Shown here: in pieces, positions 22,001 through 37,000 of the stretch
Layout of the letters: each line of letters starts with the position of its first letter
Position numbering within the stretch: the first letter of the stretch is position 1
Assembly (NCBI GenBank): GCA_038087875.1
Contig: JAXLNO010000051.1
Span: 744,001 to 808,000 of the forward strand
Direction: 5' to 3'
From: Malacoraja senta
Taxonomy: Eukaryota
Length of the DNA stretch: 64,000 bases
Translations under genes and position numbers: made by a program
The notes under the pieces: model-generated
Database searches by the model: none
What the model saw: the letters and a program-made list of their open reading frames with translations, nothing else
Told to the model about the DNA's origin: nothing

Positions 22001-25000
22001 CACTTTTCACGTTCTGAAATTTAGTCACTTTTCCTGTGCGGAATTTCCGTCGCTTTTCGCATCCTGAAGGTTTCTCACTTTTCTCGTGCTGAATTTTCGT
22101 CACTTTACGCGTGCAGAATTTTTGTTGGTTTTAATGTCCTGAAGGTTCCACTCTTTTCGCACTGAATTTTCGTCGCTTTTTGCGTGCTTCATTTTCATCG
22201 CTTTTCGTGTCTTGAAAGATCGTCGCTTTTCACATGCTGAATTTTCAGCGCTTTTCGCATGCTTAATTTTTGTCTCGTTTTGCGTACTAAATTTTCGTCG
22301 CATTTAACGTTATGAAATTTAGTAACTTTTCGCGTGCGGAATTGCCGTCGCTTTTTGCCTCCTGAAGATTTGTCGCTTTACGCATGCTGAATTTTTGTCA
22401 CTTTAACCGTGATGAATTTTTGTTGTTTTTAACGTCCTGAAGATTCCTCTCTTTTTTCGCTGTAATTTTGTTGCTTATTGCATGCTGAATTTTCATCGCT
22501 TTTCACGTGCTAAATTTTCACCACTTTTCACGTACTGAAATTTAGTCACTTTTCGTGTGCGGAATTTCCGTCGCTTTTCACGTCCTGAAAGTTTGTCGCT
22601 TTCGCGTGCAGAATTTTCGTCACATTACGCGTGCAGGATTTTCGTTGGTTTTAACATCCTGAAGGTTCCTCTCTTTTCACGCGCTGAATTTTCGTCGCTT
22701 TTCGTATGCTGAATTTTCGTCGCTTTTTGTGTGTTGAAATTTCGACCCTTTTCACGTTCTGAAATTTTGATGCTTTTCACGTTCTGAAATTTCATCGCTT
22801 TATGTGTCCTGATGTTTCGTCATTTTCCGCATGCTGAATTTTAGTCGCTTTTTGTGTGCTGATATTTCGTCGGTTTTCACGTCCTGAAATTTAGTCACTT
22901 TTCACGTCCTGAAGGATCGTCGCTTTTCGCGTGCTGAATTTTTGTCCCTTATTCGTCCCGATATTACGTCGCTTTTCGCATGCTGAATTTTCGTCACTGT
23001 TTGTGTGCTTCATTTTCATCACTTTTCGCGTCTTGACGGTTCGTCGCTTTTCTCATGCTGAATTTTCGTCACGCTGAAATTTCGTCGTCTTTCATGTCCT
23101 GAAATCTCGTCGCGTTTCACGTCCTGAAAATTTGTCGCTTTATTAATCCTGATATTACGTCGCTTTTCTCGTGCTGAAATTTTGTTGCTTATTGCATGCT
23201 GAATTTTCATCGCTTTTCATGTGCTAAATTTTCATCACTTTCCACGTACTGAAATTTAGTCACTTTTCGCGTGCCAAATTTTTGTCACATTATGCATGCT
23301 GATTTTTTGTTGGTTTTAACATCCTGAAGGTTCCTCTCTTTCCACGTGCTGAATTTTCGTCGCTTTTTGTGTGTTGAAATTTTGGCGCTTTTCATCTGCT
23401 GAAAATTCGTCGCTTTTCATGTTCTGAAATTTTGTCGCTTTATGCGTCCTCATGTTTCATCGCTTTATTCGTCGTGATGTTTCGTCGCTTTTGGCATGTT
23501 GAATTTTCGTTGCTTTTTGTTTGCTGAAATTTCGGCGCTTTTCGTGTGCTGACATTTCGTCGCTTTTGACGTCCTGAAATGTCGTCACTTTTGGCGTGCT
23601 GAATTTTTGTTGCTTTTCGCATGCTGAATTTTTGTTGCTTTTTGCGTGCTGAATTATCGTCGTTTTTTGCGTCCTGAAGGTTCATAACTTTTCATGTGCT
23701 GAATTTTCATCGCTTTTCACAATCTGAATTTTCGTCGCTTTTCGCCTGCTGAAATTTGGTCGCCTTCCATGTCCGGAAATTTCGTCGCCTTTCACGTCCT
23801 GAACTTTCGTCGGTTTATTCGTCCTGATATTACGTCGCTTTTCGCGTGCTGAATTTTTGTCGCTTTTTGCATGCTGAATTTTCGTCGCTTTTGCATGCTT
23901 CATTTTCATTGCTTTTCCCGTCTTGAAGGTTCGTCGCTTTTCGCATGCTGAATTTTCATCGCTTTTTGCACTGAAATTTCATCGCCTTTCATGTCCTGAA
24001 ATTTCGTCGCCTTTCACGTCCTGAAATTTCGTCGCTTTATTCGTCCTGATATTACTTCGATTTTCGCATGCTGAATTTTTGTCGCTTTTAGCATGTTGAA
24101 TTTTCGTCGCTGTTTCCGTGCTTCATTTTCATCGCTTTTCGCGTCTTGAAGGTTCGTCGCATTTCGCATTATGAATTTTCGTTGCTTTTCGCATTCTGAA
24201 ATTCCGTCGCCTTTCATGTCCCGAAATTTCGTCCCAGTTTCACGTCCTGAAATTTCGTCGCTTTTCACATCCTGAAATTTCGTCGCTTTATTCGTCCTGA
24301 TATTACGTCGCTTTCGCATGCTGAATTTTCGTCGCTTTTCACGTGCTGAAATTTCGTCAGCTTTCATGTCCTGAAATTTCGTCGCCTTTCACGTCCTGAA
24401 AATTTGTCGCTTTATTCATCCTGATATTACGTCGCTTTTCTCGTGCTGAAATTTTGTTGCTTATTGCATGCTGGATTTTCATCGCTTTTCACGTGCTGAA
24501 TTATCGTCACTTTTCGTGTCCTGAAGGTTTGTCACTTTTAACGTGCTGAATTTTCATCGCATTTCACAAGCTCAATTTACATCGCTTTTCGTGTGCTGAA
24601 ATTTCATCGCCTTTCAGGTCCTGAAATTTCGTCGCCTTTCACGTCCTGAAATTTCGTCGCTTTATTTATCCTGGTATTACTTCACTTTTCGCGTCTTGTT
24701 ATTACGTCGCTTTTCGCATGCTGAATTTTTGTTGCTTTTTGCATGCTGGATTTTCATCGCTTTTCACGTGCTAAATTTTCGTCACTTTTCACGTTCTGAA
24801 ATTTAGTCACTTTTCCTGTGCGGAATTTCCGTCGCTTTTCGCATCCTGAAGGTTTCTCACTTTTCTCGTGCTGAATTTTCGTCACTTTACGCGTGCAGAA
24901 TTTTTGTTGGTTTTAATGTCCTGAAGGTTCCACTCTTTTCGCACTGAATTTTCGTCGCTTTTTGCGTGCTTCATTTTCATCGCTTTTCGTGTCTTTAAAG

Positions 25001-28000
25001 ATCGTCGCTTTTCACATGCTGAATTTTCGGCGCTTTTCGCATGCTTAATTTTTGTCTCGTTTTGCGTACTAAATTTTCGTCGCATTTAATGTTATGAAAT
25101 TTAGTAACTTTTCGCGTGCGGAATTGCCGTCGCTTTTTGCCTCCTGAAGATTTGTCGCTTTACGCATGCTGAATTTTTGTCACTTTAACCGTGATGATTT
25201 TTTGTTGTTTTTAACGTCCTGAAGATTCCTCTCTTTTTTCGCTGTAATTTTGTTGCTAATTGCATGCAGAATTTTCATCGCTTTTCACGTGCTAAATTTT
25301 CACCACTTTTCACGTACTGAAATTTAGTCACTTTTCGTGTGCGGAATTTCCGTCGCTTTTCACGTCCTGAAAGTTTGTCGCTTTCGCGTGCAGAATTTTC
25401 GTCACATTACGCGTGCAGGATTTTCGTTGGTTTTAACATCCTGAAGGTTCCTCTCTTTTCACGCGCTGAATTTTCGTCGCTTTTCGTATGCTGAATTTTC
25501 GTCGCTTTTTGTGTGTTGAAATTTCGACCCTTTTCACGTTCTGAAATTTAGACGCTTTTCACGTTCTGAAATTTCATCGCTTTATGTGTCCTGATGTTTC
25601 GTCATTTTCCGCATGCTGAATTTTAGTCGCTTTTTGTGTGCTGATATTTCGTCGGTTTTCACGTCCTGAAATTTAGTCACTTTTGACGTCCTGAAGGATC
25701 GTCGCTTTTCGCGTGCTGAATTTTTGTCGCCTTATTCGTCCCGATATTACGTCGCTTTTCGCATGCTGAATTTTCGTCACGGTTTGTGTGCTTCATTTTC
25801 ATCACTTTTCGCGTCTTGACGGTTCGTCGCTTTTCGCATGCTGAATTTTCGTCACGCTGAAATTTCGTCGTCTTTCATGTCCTGAAATCTCATCGCGTTT
25901 CACGTCCTGAAAATTTGTCGCTTTATTCATCCTGATATTACGTCGCTTTTCTCGTGCTGAAATGTTGTTGCTTATTGCATGCTGAATTTTCATCGCTTTT
26001 CATGTGCTAAATTTTTATCACTTTCCACGTACTGAAATTTAGTCACTTTTCGCATGCCGAATTTTTGTCACATTATGCGTGCTGATTTTTTGTTGATTTT
26101 AACATCCTGAAGGTTCCTCTCTTTTCACGTGCTGAATTTTCGTCGTTTTTTGTGTGTTGAAATTTTGGCGCTTTTCATCTGCTGAAAATTCGTCGCTTTT
26201 CATGTTCTGAAATTTTGTCGCTTTATGCGTCCTCATGTTTCATCGCTTTATTCGTCCTAATGTTTCGTCGCTTTTCGCATGCTGAATTTTCGTTGCTTTT
26301 TGTTTGCTGAAATTTCGGCGTTTTTCGTGTGCTGACATTTCGTCGCTTTTCACGTCCTGAATATTCGTCACATTTGGCGTGCTGAATTTTCGTCGTATTT
26401 CACATCTTGAAGGATTGTCGTTTTTCACATCCTGAAGCTTTTATCGTGCTGAATTTTCATTGCTTTTCGCATGCTATATTTTTGTCGCTTTTGACGTCCT
26501 GAAATGTCGTCACTTTTGGCGTGCTGAATTTTTGTTGCTTTTCGCATGCTGAATTTTTGTTGCTTTTTGCGTGCTGAATTATCGTCGTTTTTTGCGTCCT
26601 GAAGGTTCATAACTTTTCATGTGCTGAATTTTCATCGCTTTTCACAATCTGAATTTTCGTCGCTTTTCGCCTGCTGAAATTTGGTCGCCTTCCATGTCCG
26701 GAAATTTCGTCGCCTTTCATGTCCTGAAATTTCGTCGCCTTTCACGTCCTGAAATTTCGTCGCTTTATTCGTCCTGATATTACGTCGCTTTTCACGTCCT
26801 GATATTACGTCGCTTTTCGCGTGCTGAATTTTCGTCACTGTTTGTGTGTTTAATTTTAATCGCTTTTCGCGTCTTGACGGTTCGTCGCTTTTCGCATTCT
26901 GAATTTTCGTCGCTTTTCGTCAGCTGAATTTTCGTCGCTTTTTGTGTGTTGAAATTTCTACGCTTTTCACGTCGTGAAATTTAGTCACTTTTGGCGTGCT
27001 GAATTTTCGTCGCTTTTCACGTACTGAAGGATCGTCACTTTTCACGTCCTGAAGGATCGTCGCTTTTCGCGTGCTGAATTTTTTTCGCCTTATTCGTCCC
27101 GATATTACGTCGCTTTTCACATGCTGAATTTTCGTCACTGTTTGTGTGCTTGATTTTCATCGCTTTTCGCATCTTGACGGTTCGTCGCTTTTCACATGCT
27201 GAATTTTCGTCGCTTTTCACGTGGTGAAATTTCGTCGGCTTTCATGTCCTGAAATTTCGTCGCCTTTCACGTCCTGAACATTTGTCGCGTTATTCATCCT
27301 GATATTACGTCGCTTTTCTCGTGCTGATATTTTGTTGCTTATTGCATGCTGAATTTTCATCGCTTTTCACGTGATAAATTTTCATCACTTTTCACGTACT
27401 GAAATTCAGTCACTTTTCGCGTGCGGAATTTCCGTCGCTTTTCCCATCCTGAAAGTTTGTCATTTTTCGCGTGCTGAATTTTTGTCACATTACGCGTGCA
27501 GAATTTTTGTTGGTTTTAACATTCTGAAGGTTCCTCTCTTTTCACGTGCTGAATTTTCGTCGCTTTTCGTATGCTGAATTTTCGTCACCTTTCATATCCT
27601 GAAATTTTGTCGCCTTTCACGTCCTGAAATTTCGTCGCTTTATTCGTCCTGATATTACTTCGATTTTCGTACATTGAATTTTTGTCGCTTTTTGCATGTT
27701 GAATTTTCGTCGCTGTTTGCGTGCTTCATTTTCATCGCTCTTCACACCTTGAAGGTTCGTCACATTTCGCATGCTGAATTTTTGTTGGTTTTAACATTCT
27801 GAAGGTTCCTCTCTTTTCACGTGCTGAATTTTCGTCGCTTTTCGTATGCTGAATTTTCGTCGCTTTTTTGTGTTGAAATTTTGGCGCTTTTCATCTGCTG
27901 AAAATTCGTCGCTTTTCATGTTCTCAAATTTTGTCGCTTTATGCCTCCTCATGTTTATTCGCTTTATTCGTCCTGATGTTTCGGCGCTTTTAACATGCTG

Positions 28001-31000
28001 AATTTTCGTTGCTTTTTGTTTGCTGAAATTTCGGCGCTTTTCGTGTGCTGACATTTCGTCGCATTTCACGTCCTGAATATTCGTCACATTTGGCGTGCTG
28101 AATTTTCGTCGTATTTCACGTCTTGAAGGATTGTCGCTATTCACATCCTGAAGGATCGTCGCTTTTATCGTGCTGAATTTTCATTGCTTTTCGCATGCTA
28201 TATTTTTGTCGCGTTTGACGTCCTGAAATGTCGTCACTTTTGGCGTGCTGAATTTTTGTTGCTTTTCGCGTACAAAATTTTCGTCACTTTTCACGTGCTG
28301 AATTATCGTCGTTGTTTGCGTCCTGAAGGTTCGTAACTTTTCATGTGCTGAATTTTCATCGCTTTTCACAATCAGAATTTTCGTCGCTTTTCGCCTGCTG
28401 AAATTTGGTCGCCTTCCATGTCCTGAAATTTCGTCGCCTTTCACGTCCAGAAATTTCGTTGCTTTATTCGTCCTGATATTACTTCGATTTTCGCACGCTG
28501 AATTTTTGTCGCTTTTTGCATGTTGAATTTTCGTCGCTGTTTGCGTGCTTCATTTTCATCGCTTTTCGCGTCTTGAAGGTTCGTCGCATTTCGCATGCTG
28601 AATTTTCGTTGCTTTTCGCATTCTGAAATTCCGTCGCCTTTCATGTCCTGAAATTTCGTCCCCTTTCACGTCCTGAAATTTCGTCGCTTTTCACGTCCTG
28701 AAATTTTTTCGCTTTATTCGTCCTGATATTACGTTGCTTTTCGCATGCTGAATTTTCGTCGCTTTTCGTGTGCTGAAATTTCGTGGGCTTTCATGTCCTG
28801 AAATTTCGTCACCTTTCACGTCCTGAAAATTCGTCGCTTTATTCATCCTGATATTACGTCGCTTTTCTCGTGCTGAAATTTTGTTGCTTATTGCACGCTG
28901 AATTTTTATTGCTTTTCACGTGCTAAATTTTCAGCACTTTTCACGTACTGAAATGTAGTCACTTTTCGCATGCGGAATTTCCGTCGCTTTTCGCGTCCTA
29001 AAAGTTTGTTGCTTTTCGCGTGCTGAAATTTCGTCACATTACGCGTGCAGAATTTTTGTTGGTTTTAACGTCCAGAATGTTCCTCTCTTTTCACGTGCTG
29101 AATTTTCGTCGCTTTTTGTATGCTGAATTTTCATTGCTTTCTGTGTGTTGAAATTTTGGTGCTTTTCATCTGCTGAAAATTCGTCGCTTTTCATGTTCTG
29201 AAATTTTGTCGCTTTCTGCGTTCTCATGTTTCATCGCTTTATTCGTCCTGATGTTTCGTCGCTTTTCGCATGCTAAATATTTTCGTTGCTTTATGTTTGC
29301 TGAATTTTCGGCGCTTTTCGTGTGCTGACATTTCGTCGCTTTTCACGTCCTGAATATTCGTCACATTTGGCGTGCTGAATTTTCGTCATATTTCACGTCT
29401 TGAAGGAATGTCGCTTTTCACATCCTGAACGATCGTCGCTTTTATCGTGCTGAATTTTCATTGCTTTTCGCATGCTATATTTTTGTTGCTTTTGACATCC
29501 TGAAATGTCGTCACTTTTGGCGTGCTGAATTGTTGTTGCTTTTCGCGTACTGAATTTTCGTCACTTTTCACGTGCTGAATTATCGTCGTTTTTTGCATCC
29601 TGAAGGTTCGTAACTTTTCAAGTGCTGAATTTTCATCGCTTTTCACAATCTGAATTTTCGTCGCTTTTCGCCTGCTGAAATTTGGTCGCCTTCCATGTCC
29701 TGAAATTTCGTCGCCTTTCACGTCCTGAACTTTCATCAGTTTATTCGTCCTTATATTACGTCGCTTTTCGCGTGCTGAATTTTTGTCCCTTTTTGCATGC
29801 TGAATTTTCGTCGCTTTTGCATGCTTCATTTTCATCGCTTTTCACATCTTGAAGGTTCGTCGCTTTTCGCATGCTGAATTTTCATCGCTTTTTGCACTGA
29901 AATTTCATCGCCTTTCATGTCCTGAAATTTCGTAGCCTTTCACGTCCTGAAATTTCGTCACTTTACTCGTCCTGATATTACGTCGCTTTTTGCGTGCTGA
30001 ATTTTTGTCGCTTTTTGCATGCTGAATTTTCGTCGCTTTTGCATGCTTCATTTTCATCGCTTTTCGCATCTTGAAGGTTCGTCGCTTTTCGCATGCTGAA
30101 TTTTCATCGCTTTTTGCACTGAAATTTCATCGCCTTTCATGTCCTGAAATTTCGTAGCCTTTCACGTCCTGAAATTTCGGCACTTTACTCGTCCTGATAT
30201 TACGTCGCTTTTCGCGTGCTTAATTTTCATCACTGTTTGTGTGCTTCATTTTCATCGCTTTTCACGTCTTGACGGTTCGTCGCTTTTCGCATGCTGAATT
30301 TTCGTCGCTTTTCGTGTGCTGAAATTTCGTGGGCTTTCATGTCCTGAAATTTCGTCACCTTTCACGTCCTGAAAATTCGTCGCTTTATTCATCCTGATAT
30401 TACGTCGCTTTTCTCGTCCTTAAATTTTGTTGCTTATTGCATGCTGAATTTTTATCGCTTTTCACGTGCTAAATTTTCATCACTTTTCACGTACTGAAAT
30501 GTAGTCACTTTTCGCATGCGGAATTTCCGTCGCTTTTCGCGTCCTAAAGGTTTTTTGCTTTTCGCGTGCTGAAATTTCGTCACATTACGCGTGCAGAATT
30601 TTTTGTTGGTTTTAACGTCCAGAAGGTTCCTCTCTTTTCACGTGCTGAATTTTCGTCGCTTTTCGTATGCTGAATTTTCGTCGCTTTTTGTGTGTTGAAA
30701 TTTTGGTGCTTTTAATCTGCTGAAAATTCGTCGCTTTTCATGTTCTGAAATTTTGTCGCGTTCTGCGTTCTCATGTTTCATTGCTTTATTCGTCCTGATG
30801 TTTCGTCGTTTTTCGCATGCTGAATTTTCGTTGCTTTATGTTTGCTGAAATTTCGGCGCTTTTCGTGTGCTGACATTTCGTCGCTTTTCACGTCCTGAAT
30901 ATTCGTCACATTTGGCGTGCTGAATTTTCATCATATTTCACGTCTTGAAGGATTGTCGCTTTTCACATCGTGAAGGATCGTCGCTTTTATCGTGCTGAAT

Positions 31001-34000
31001 TTTCATTGCTTTTCGCATGCTATATTTTTGTCGCTTTTGACATCCTGAAATGTCGTCACTTTTGGCGTGCTGAATTTTTGTTGCTTTTCGCGTGCTGAAT
31101 TTTCGTCACTTTTCACGTGCTGAATTATCGTCGTTTTTTGCATCCTGAATGTTCGTAACTTTTCAAGTGCTGAATTTTCATCGCTTTTCACAATCTGAAT
31201 TTTCGTCGCTTTTCGCCTGCTGAAATTTGGTCGCCTTCCATGTCCTGAAATTTCGTCGCCTTTCACGTCCTGAACTTTCGTCGGATTATTCGTCCTAATA
31301 TAACGTCGCTTTTGGCGTGCTGAATTTGTGTCGCTTTTTGCATGCTGAATTTTCGTCGCTTTTGCATGCTTCATTTTCATAGCTTTTCGCATCTTGAAGG
31401 TTCGTTGCTTATCGCATGCTGAATTTTCATCGCTTTTTGCACTGAAATTTCATCGCCTTTCATGTCCTGAAATTTCATATCCTTTCACGTCCTGAAATTT
31501 CGTCGCTTTACTCGTCCTGATATTACGTCGCTTTTCGCGTGCTTAATTTTCATCACTGTTTGTGTGCTTCATTTTCATCGCTTTTCATGTCTTGACGGTT
31601 CGTCGCTTTCCGCATGCTGAATTTTCGTCGCTTTTTGTGTGCTGAAATTTCGAGGGCTTTCATGTCCTGAAATTTCGTCGCCTTTCACATCCTGAAAGTT
31701 CGTCGCTTTATTCATCCTGATATTACGTCGCTTTTCTCGTCCTTAAATTTTGTTGCTTATTGCATGCTGAATTTTTATCGCTTTTCACGTGCTAAATTTT
31801 CATCACTTTTCACGTACTGAAATGTAGTCACTTTTCGCATGCGGAATTTCCGTCGCTTTTCGCGTCCTAAAGGTTTGTCGCTTTTCGCGTGCTGAAATTT
31901 CGTCACATTACGCGTGCAGAATTTTTGTTGGTTTTAACGTCCAGAAGGTTCCTCTCTTTTCACGTGCTGAATTTTCGTCGCTTTTCGTATGCTGAATTTT
32001 CGTCGCTTTTTGTGTGTTAAAATTTTGGTGCTTTTAATCTGCTGAAAATTCGTCGCTTTTCATGTTCTGAAATTTTGTCGCGTTCTGCGTTCTCATGTTT
32101 CATTGCTTTATTCGTCCTGATGTTTCGTGGTTTTTCGCATGCTGAATTTTCGTTGCTTTATGTTTGCTGAAATTTCAGCGCTTTTCGTGTGCTGACATTT
32201 CGTCGCTTTTCACGTCCTGAATATTCGTCACATTTGGCGTGCTGAATTTTCATCATATTTCACGTCTTGAAGGATTGTCGCTTTTCACATCGTGAAGGAT
32301 CGTCGCTTTTATCGTGCTGAATTTTCATTGCTTTTCGCATGCTATATTTTTGTCGCTTTTGACATCCTGAAATGTCGTCACTTTTGGCGTGCTGAATTTT
32401 TGTTGCTTTTCGCGTGCTGAATTTTCGTCACTTTTCACGTGCTGAATTATCGTCGTTTTTTGCATCCTGAAGGTTCGTAACTTTTCAAGTGCTGAATTTT
32501 CATCGCTTTTCACAATCTGAATTTTCGTCGCTTTTCGCCTGCTGAAATTTGGTCGCCTTCCATGTCCTGAAATTTCGTCGCCTTTCACGTCCTGAACTTT
32601 CGTCGGATTATTCGTCCTAATATAACGTCGCTTTTGGCGTGCTGAATTTTTGTCGCTTTTTGCATGCTGAATTTTCGTCGCTTTTGCATGCTTCATTTTC
32701 ATCACTTTTCGCATCTTGAAGGTTCGTTGCTTATCGCATGCTGAATTTTCATCACTTTTTGCACTGAAATTTCATCGCCTTTCATGTCCTGAAATTTCGT
32801 AGCCTTTCACGTCCTGAAATTTCGTCGCTTTACTCGTCCTGATATTACGTCGCTTTTCGCGTGCTTAATTTTCATCACTGTTTGTGTGCTTCATTTTCAT
32901 CGCTTTTCATGTCTTGACGGTTCGTCGCTTTTCGCATGCTGAATTTTCGTCGCTTTTTGTGTGCTGAAATTTCGAGGGCTTTCATGTCCTGAAATTTCGT
33001 CGCCTTTCACGTCCTGAAAATTCGTTGCTTTATTCATCCTGATATTACGTCGGTTTTCTCGTGCTGAAATTGTGTTGCTTATTGCATGCTGAATTTTCAT
33101 CGCTTTTCTCGTGCTAAATATTCATCACTTTTCACGTACTGAAATTTAGTCACTTTTCGCGTGCGGAATTTCCGTCGTTTTTTGCGTCCTAAAAGTTTGT
33201 CGCTTTTCGCGTGCTGAATATTCGTCACATTACGCGTGCAGAATTTTTGTTGGTTTTAACGTCCTGAATGTTCCTCTCTTTTCACGTGCTGAATTTTCGT
33301 CGCTTTTCGTATGCTGAATTTTCGTCGCATTTTGTGTGTTGAAATTTTGGTGCTTTTCATCTGCTGAAAATTCGTCGCTTTTCATGTTCTGAAATTTAGT
33401 CGCTTTCTGCGTCCTCATGTTTCAGCGCTTTATTCGTCCTGATGTTTCGTCGCTTTTCACATGCTGAATTTTCGTTGCTTTATGTTTGCTGAAATTTCAG
33501 CGCTTTTCGTGTGCTGACATTTCGTCGCTTTTCACGTCCTGAATATTCGTCACATTTGGCGTGCTGAATTTTCATCGTATTTCCCGTCTTGAAGGATTGT
33601 CGCTTTTCACATCCTGAAGGATCGTCGCTTTGATCGTGCTGAATTTTTATTGCTTTTCGCATGCTATATTTTTGTCGCTTTTGACTTCCCGAAATGTCGT
33701 CACTTTTGGCGTGCTGAATTTTTGTTGCTTTTCGCATGCTGAATTTTCGTCGCTTTTCACGTGCTGAATTACCGTCGTTTTTTGCATCCTGAAGGTTCGT
33801 AACTTTTCAAGTGCTGAATTTTCATCGCTTTTCACAATCTGAATTTTCGTCGCTTTTCGCCTGCTGAAATTTGGTCGCCTTCCATGTCCTGAAATTTCGT
33901 CGCCTTTCGCGTCCTGAACTTTCGTCGGATTATTCGTCCTAATATAACGTCGCTTTTGGCGTGCTGAATTTTTGTCGCTTTTTGCATGCTGAATTTTCGT

Positions 34001-37000
34001 CGCTTTTGCATGCTTCATTTTCATAGCTTTTCGCATCTTGAAGGTTCGTTGCTTATCGCATGCTGAATTTTCATCGCTTTTTGCACTGAAATTTCATCGC
34101 CTTTCATGTCCTGAAATTTCATATCCTTTCACGTCCTGAAATTTCGTCGCTTTACTCGTCCTGATATTACGTCGCTTTTCGCGTGCTTAATTTTCATCAC
34201 TGTTTGTGTGCTTCATTTTCATCGCTTTTCATGTCTTGACGGTTCGTCGCTTTTCGCATGCTGAATTTTCGTCGCTTTTTGTGTGCTGAAATTTCGAGGG
34301 CTTTCATGTCCTGAAATTTCGTCGCCTTTCACGTCCTGAAAATTCGTCGCTTTATTCATCCTGATATTACGTCGGTTTTCTCGTGCTGAAATTTTGTTGC
34401 TTATAGCATGCTGAATTTTCATCGCTTTTCTCGTGCTAAATTTTCATCACTTTTCACGTACTGAAATTTAGTCACTTTTCGCGTGCGGAATTTCCGTCGC
34501 TTTTCGCGTCCTAAAAGTTTGTCGCTTTTCGCGTGCTGAATATTTGTCACATTACGCGTGCAGAATTTTTGTTGGTTTTAACGTCCTGAATGTTCCTCTC
34601 TTTTCACGTGCTGAATTTTCGTCGCTTTTCGTATGCTGAATTTTCGTCGCATTTTGTGTGTTGAAATTTTGGTGCTTTTCATCTGCTGAAAATTCGTCGC
34701 TTTTCATGTTCTGAAATTTAGTCGCTTTCTGCGTCCTCATGTTTCATCGCTTTATTCGTCCTGATGTTTCGTCGATTTTCACATGCTGAATTTTCGTTGC
34801 TTTATGTTTGCTGAAATTTCAGCGCTTTTCGTGTGCTGACATTTCGTCGCTTTTCACGTCCTGAATATTCGTCACATTTGGCGTGCTGAATTTTCATCAT
34901 ATTTCACGTCTTGAAGGATTGTCGCTTTTCACATCGTGAAGGATCGTTGCTTTTATCGTGCTGAATTTTCATTGCTTTTCGCATGCTATATTTTTGTCGC
35001 TTTTGACATCCTGAAATGTCGTCACTTTTGGCGTGCTGAATTTTTGTTGCTTTTCGCGTGCTGAATTTTCGTCACTTTTCACGTGCTGAATTATCGTCGT
35101 TTTTTGCATCCTGAAGGTTCGTAACTTTTCAAGTGCTGAATTTTCATCGCTTTTCACAATCTGAATTTTCGTCGCTTTTCGCCTGCTGAAATTTGGTCGC
35201 CTTCCATGTCCTGAAATTTCGTCGCCTTTCACGTCCTGAACTTTCGTCGGATTATTCGTCCTAATATAACGTCGCTTTTGGCGTGCTGAATTTTTGTCGC
35301 TTTTTGCATGCTGAATTTTCGTCGCTTTTGCATGCTTCATTTTCATCACTTTTCGCATCTTGAAGGTTCGTTGCTTATCGCATGCTGAATTTTCATCGCT
35401 TTTTGCACTGAAATTTCATCGCCTTTCATGTCCTGAAATTTCGTAGCCTTTCACGTCCTGAAATTTCGTCGCTTTACTCGTCCTGATATTACGTCGCTTT
35501 TCGCGTGCTTAATTTTCATCACTGTTTGTGTGCTTCATTTTCATCGCTTTTCATGTCTTGACGGTTCGTCGCTTTTCGCATGCTGAATTTTCGTCGCTTT
35601 TTGTGTGCTGAAATTTCGAGGGCTTTCATGTCCTGAAATTTCGTCGCCTTTCACGTCCTGAAAATTCGTTGCTTTATTCATCCTGATATTACGTCGGTTT
35701 TCTCGTGCTGAAATTGTGTTGCTTATTGCATGCTGAATTTTCATCGCTTTTCTCGTGCTAAATATTCATCACTTTTCACGTACTGAAATTTAGTCACTTT
35801 TCGCGTGCGGAATTTCCGTCGTTTTTTGCGTCCTAAAAGTTTGTCGCTTTTCGCGTGCTGAATATTCGTCACATTACGCGTGCAGAATTTTTGTTGGTTT
35901 TAACGTCCTGAATGTTCCTCTCTTTTCACGTGCTGAATTTTCGTCGCTTTTCGTATGCTGAATTTTCGTCGCATTTTGTGTGTTGAAATTTTGGTGCTTT
36001 TCATCTGCTGAAAATTCGTCGCTTTTCATGTTCTGAAATTTAGTCGCTTTCTGCGTCCTCATGTTTCAGCGCTTTATTCGTCCTGATGTTTCGTCGCTTT
36101 TCACATGCTGAATTTTCGTTGCTTTATGTTTGCTGAAATTTCAGCGCTTTTCGTGTGCTGACATTTCGTCGCTTTTCACGTCCTGAATATTCGTCACATT
36201 TGGCGTGCTGAATTTTCATCGTATTTCCCGTCTTGAAGGATTGTCGCTTTTCACATCCTGAAGGATCGTCGCTTTGATCGTGCTGAATTTTTATTGCTTT
36301 TCGCATGCTATATTTTTGTCGCTTTTGACTTCCCGAAATGTCGTCACTTTTGGCGTGCTGAATTTTTGTTGCTTTTCGCATGCTGAATTTTCGTCGCTTT
36401 TCACGTGCTGAATTACCGTCGTTTTTTGCATCCTGAAGGTTCGTAACTTTTCAAGTGCTGAATTTTCATCGCTTTTCACAATCTGAATTTTCGTCGCTTT
36501 TCGCCTGCTGAAATTTGGTCGCCTTCCATGTCCTGAAATTTCGTCGCCTTTCATGTCCTGAACTTTCGTCGGATTATTCGTCCTAATATAACGTCGCTTT
36601 TGGCGTGCTGAATTTTTGTCGCTTTTTGCATGCTGAATTTTCGTCGCTTTTGCATGCTTCATTTTCATCACTTTTCGCATCTTGAAGGTTCGTTGCTTAT
36701 CGCATGCTGAATTTTCATCGCTTTTTGCACTGAAATTTCATCGCCTTTCATGTCCTGAAATTTCGTAGCCTTTCACGTCCTGAAATTTCGTCGCTTTACT
36801 CGTCCTGATATTACGTCGCTTTTCGCGTGCTTAATTTTCATCACTGTTTGTGTGCTTCATTTTCATCGCTTTTCATGTCTTGACGGTTCGTCGCTTTTCG
36901 CATGCTGAATTTTCGTCGCTTTTTGTGTGCTGAAATTTCGAGGGCTTTCATGTCCTGAAATTTCGTCGCCTTTCACGTCCTGAAAATTCGTTGCTTTATT

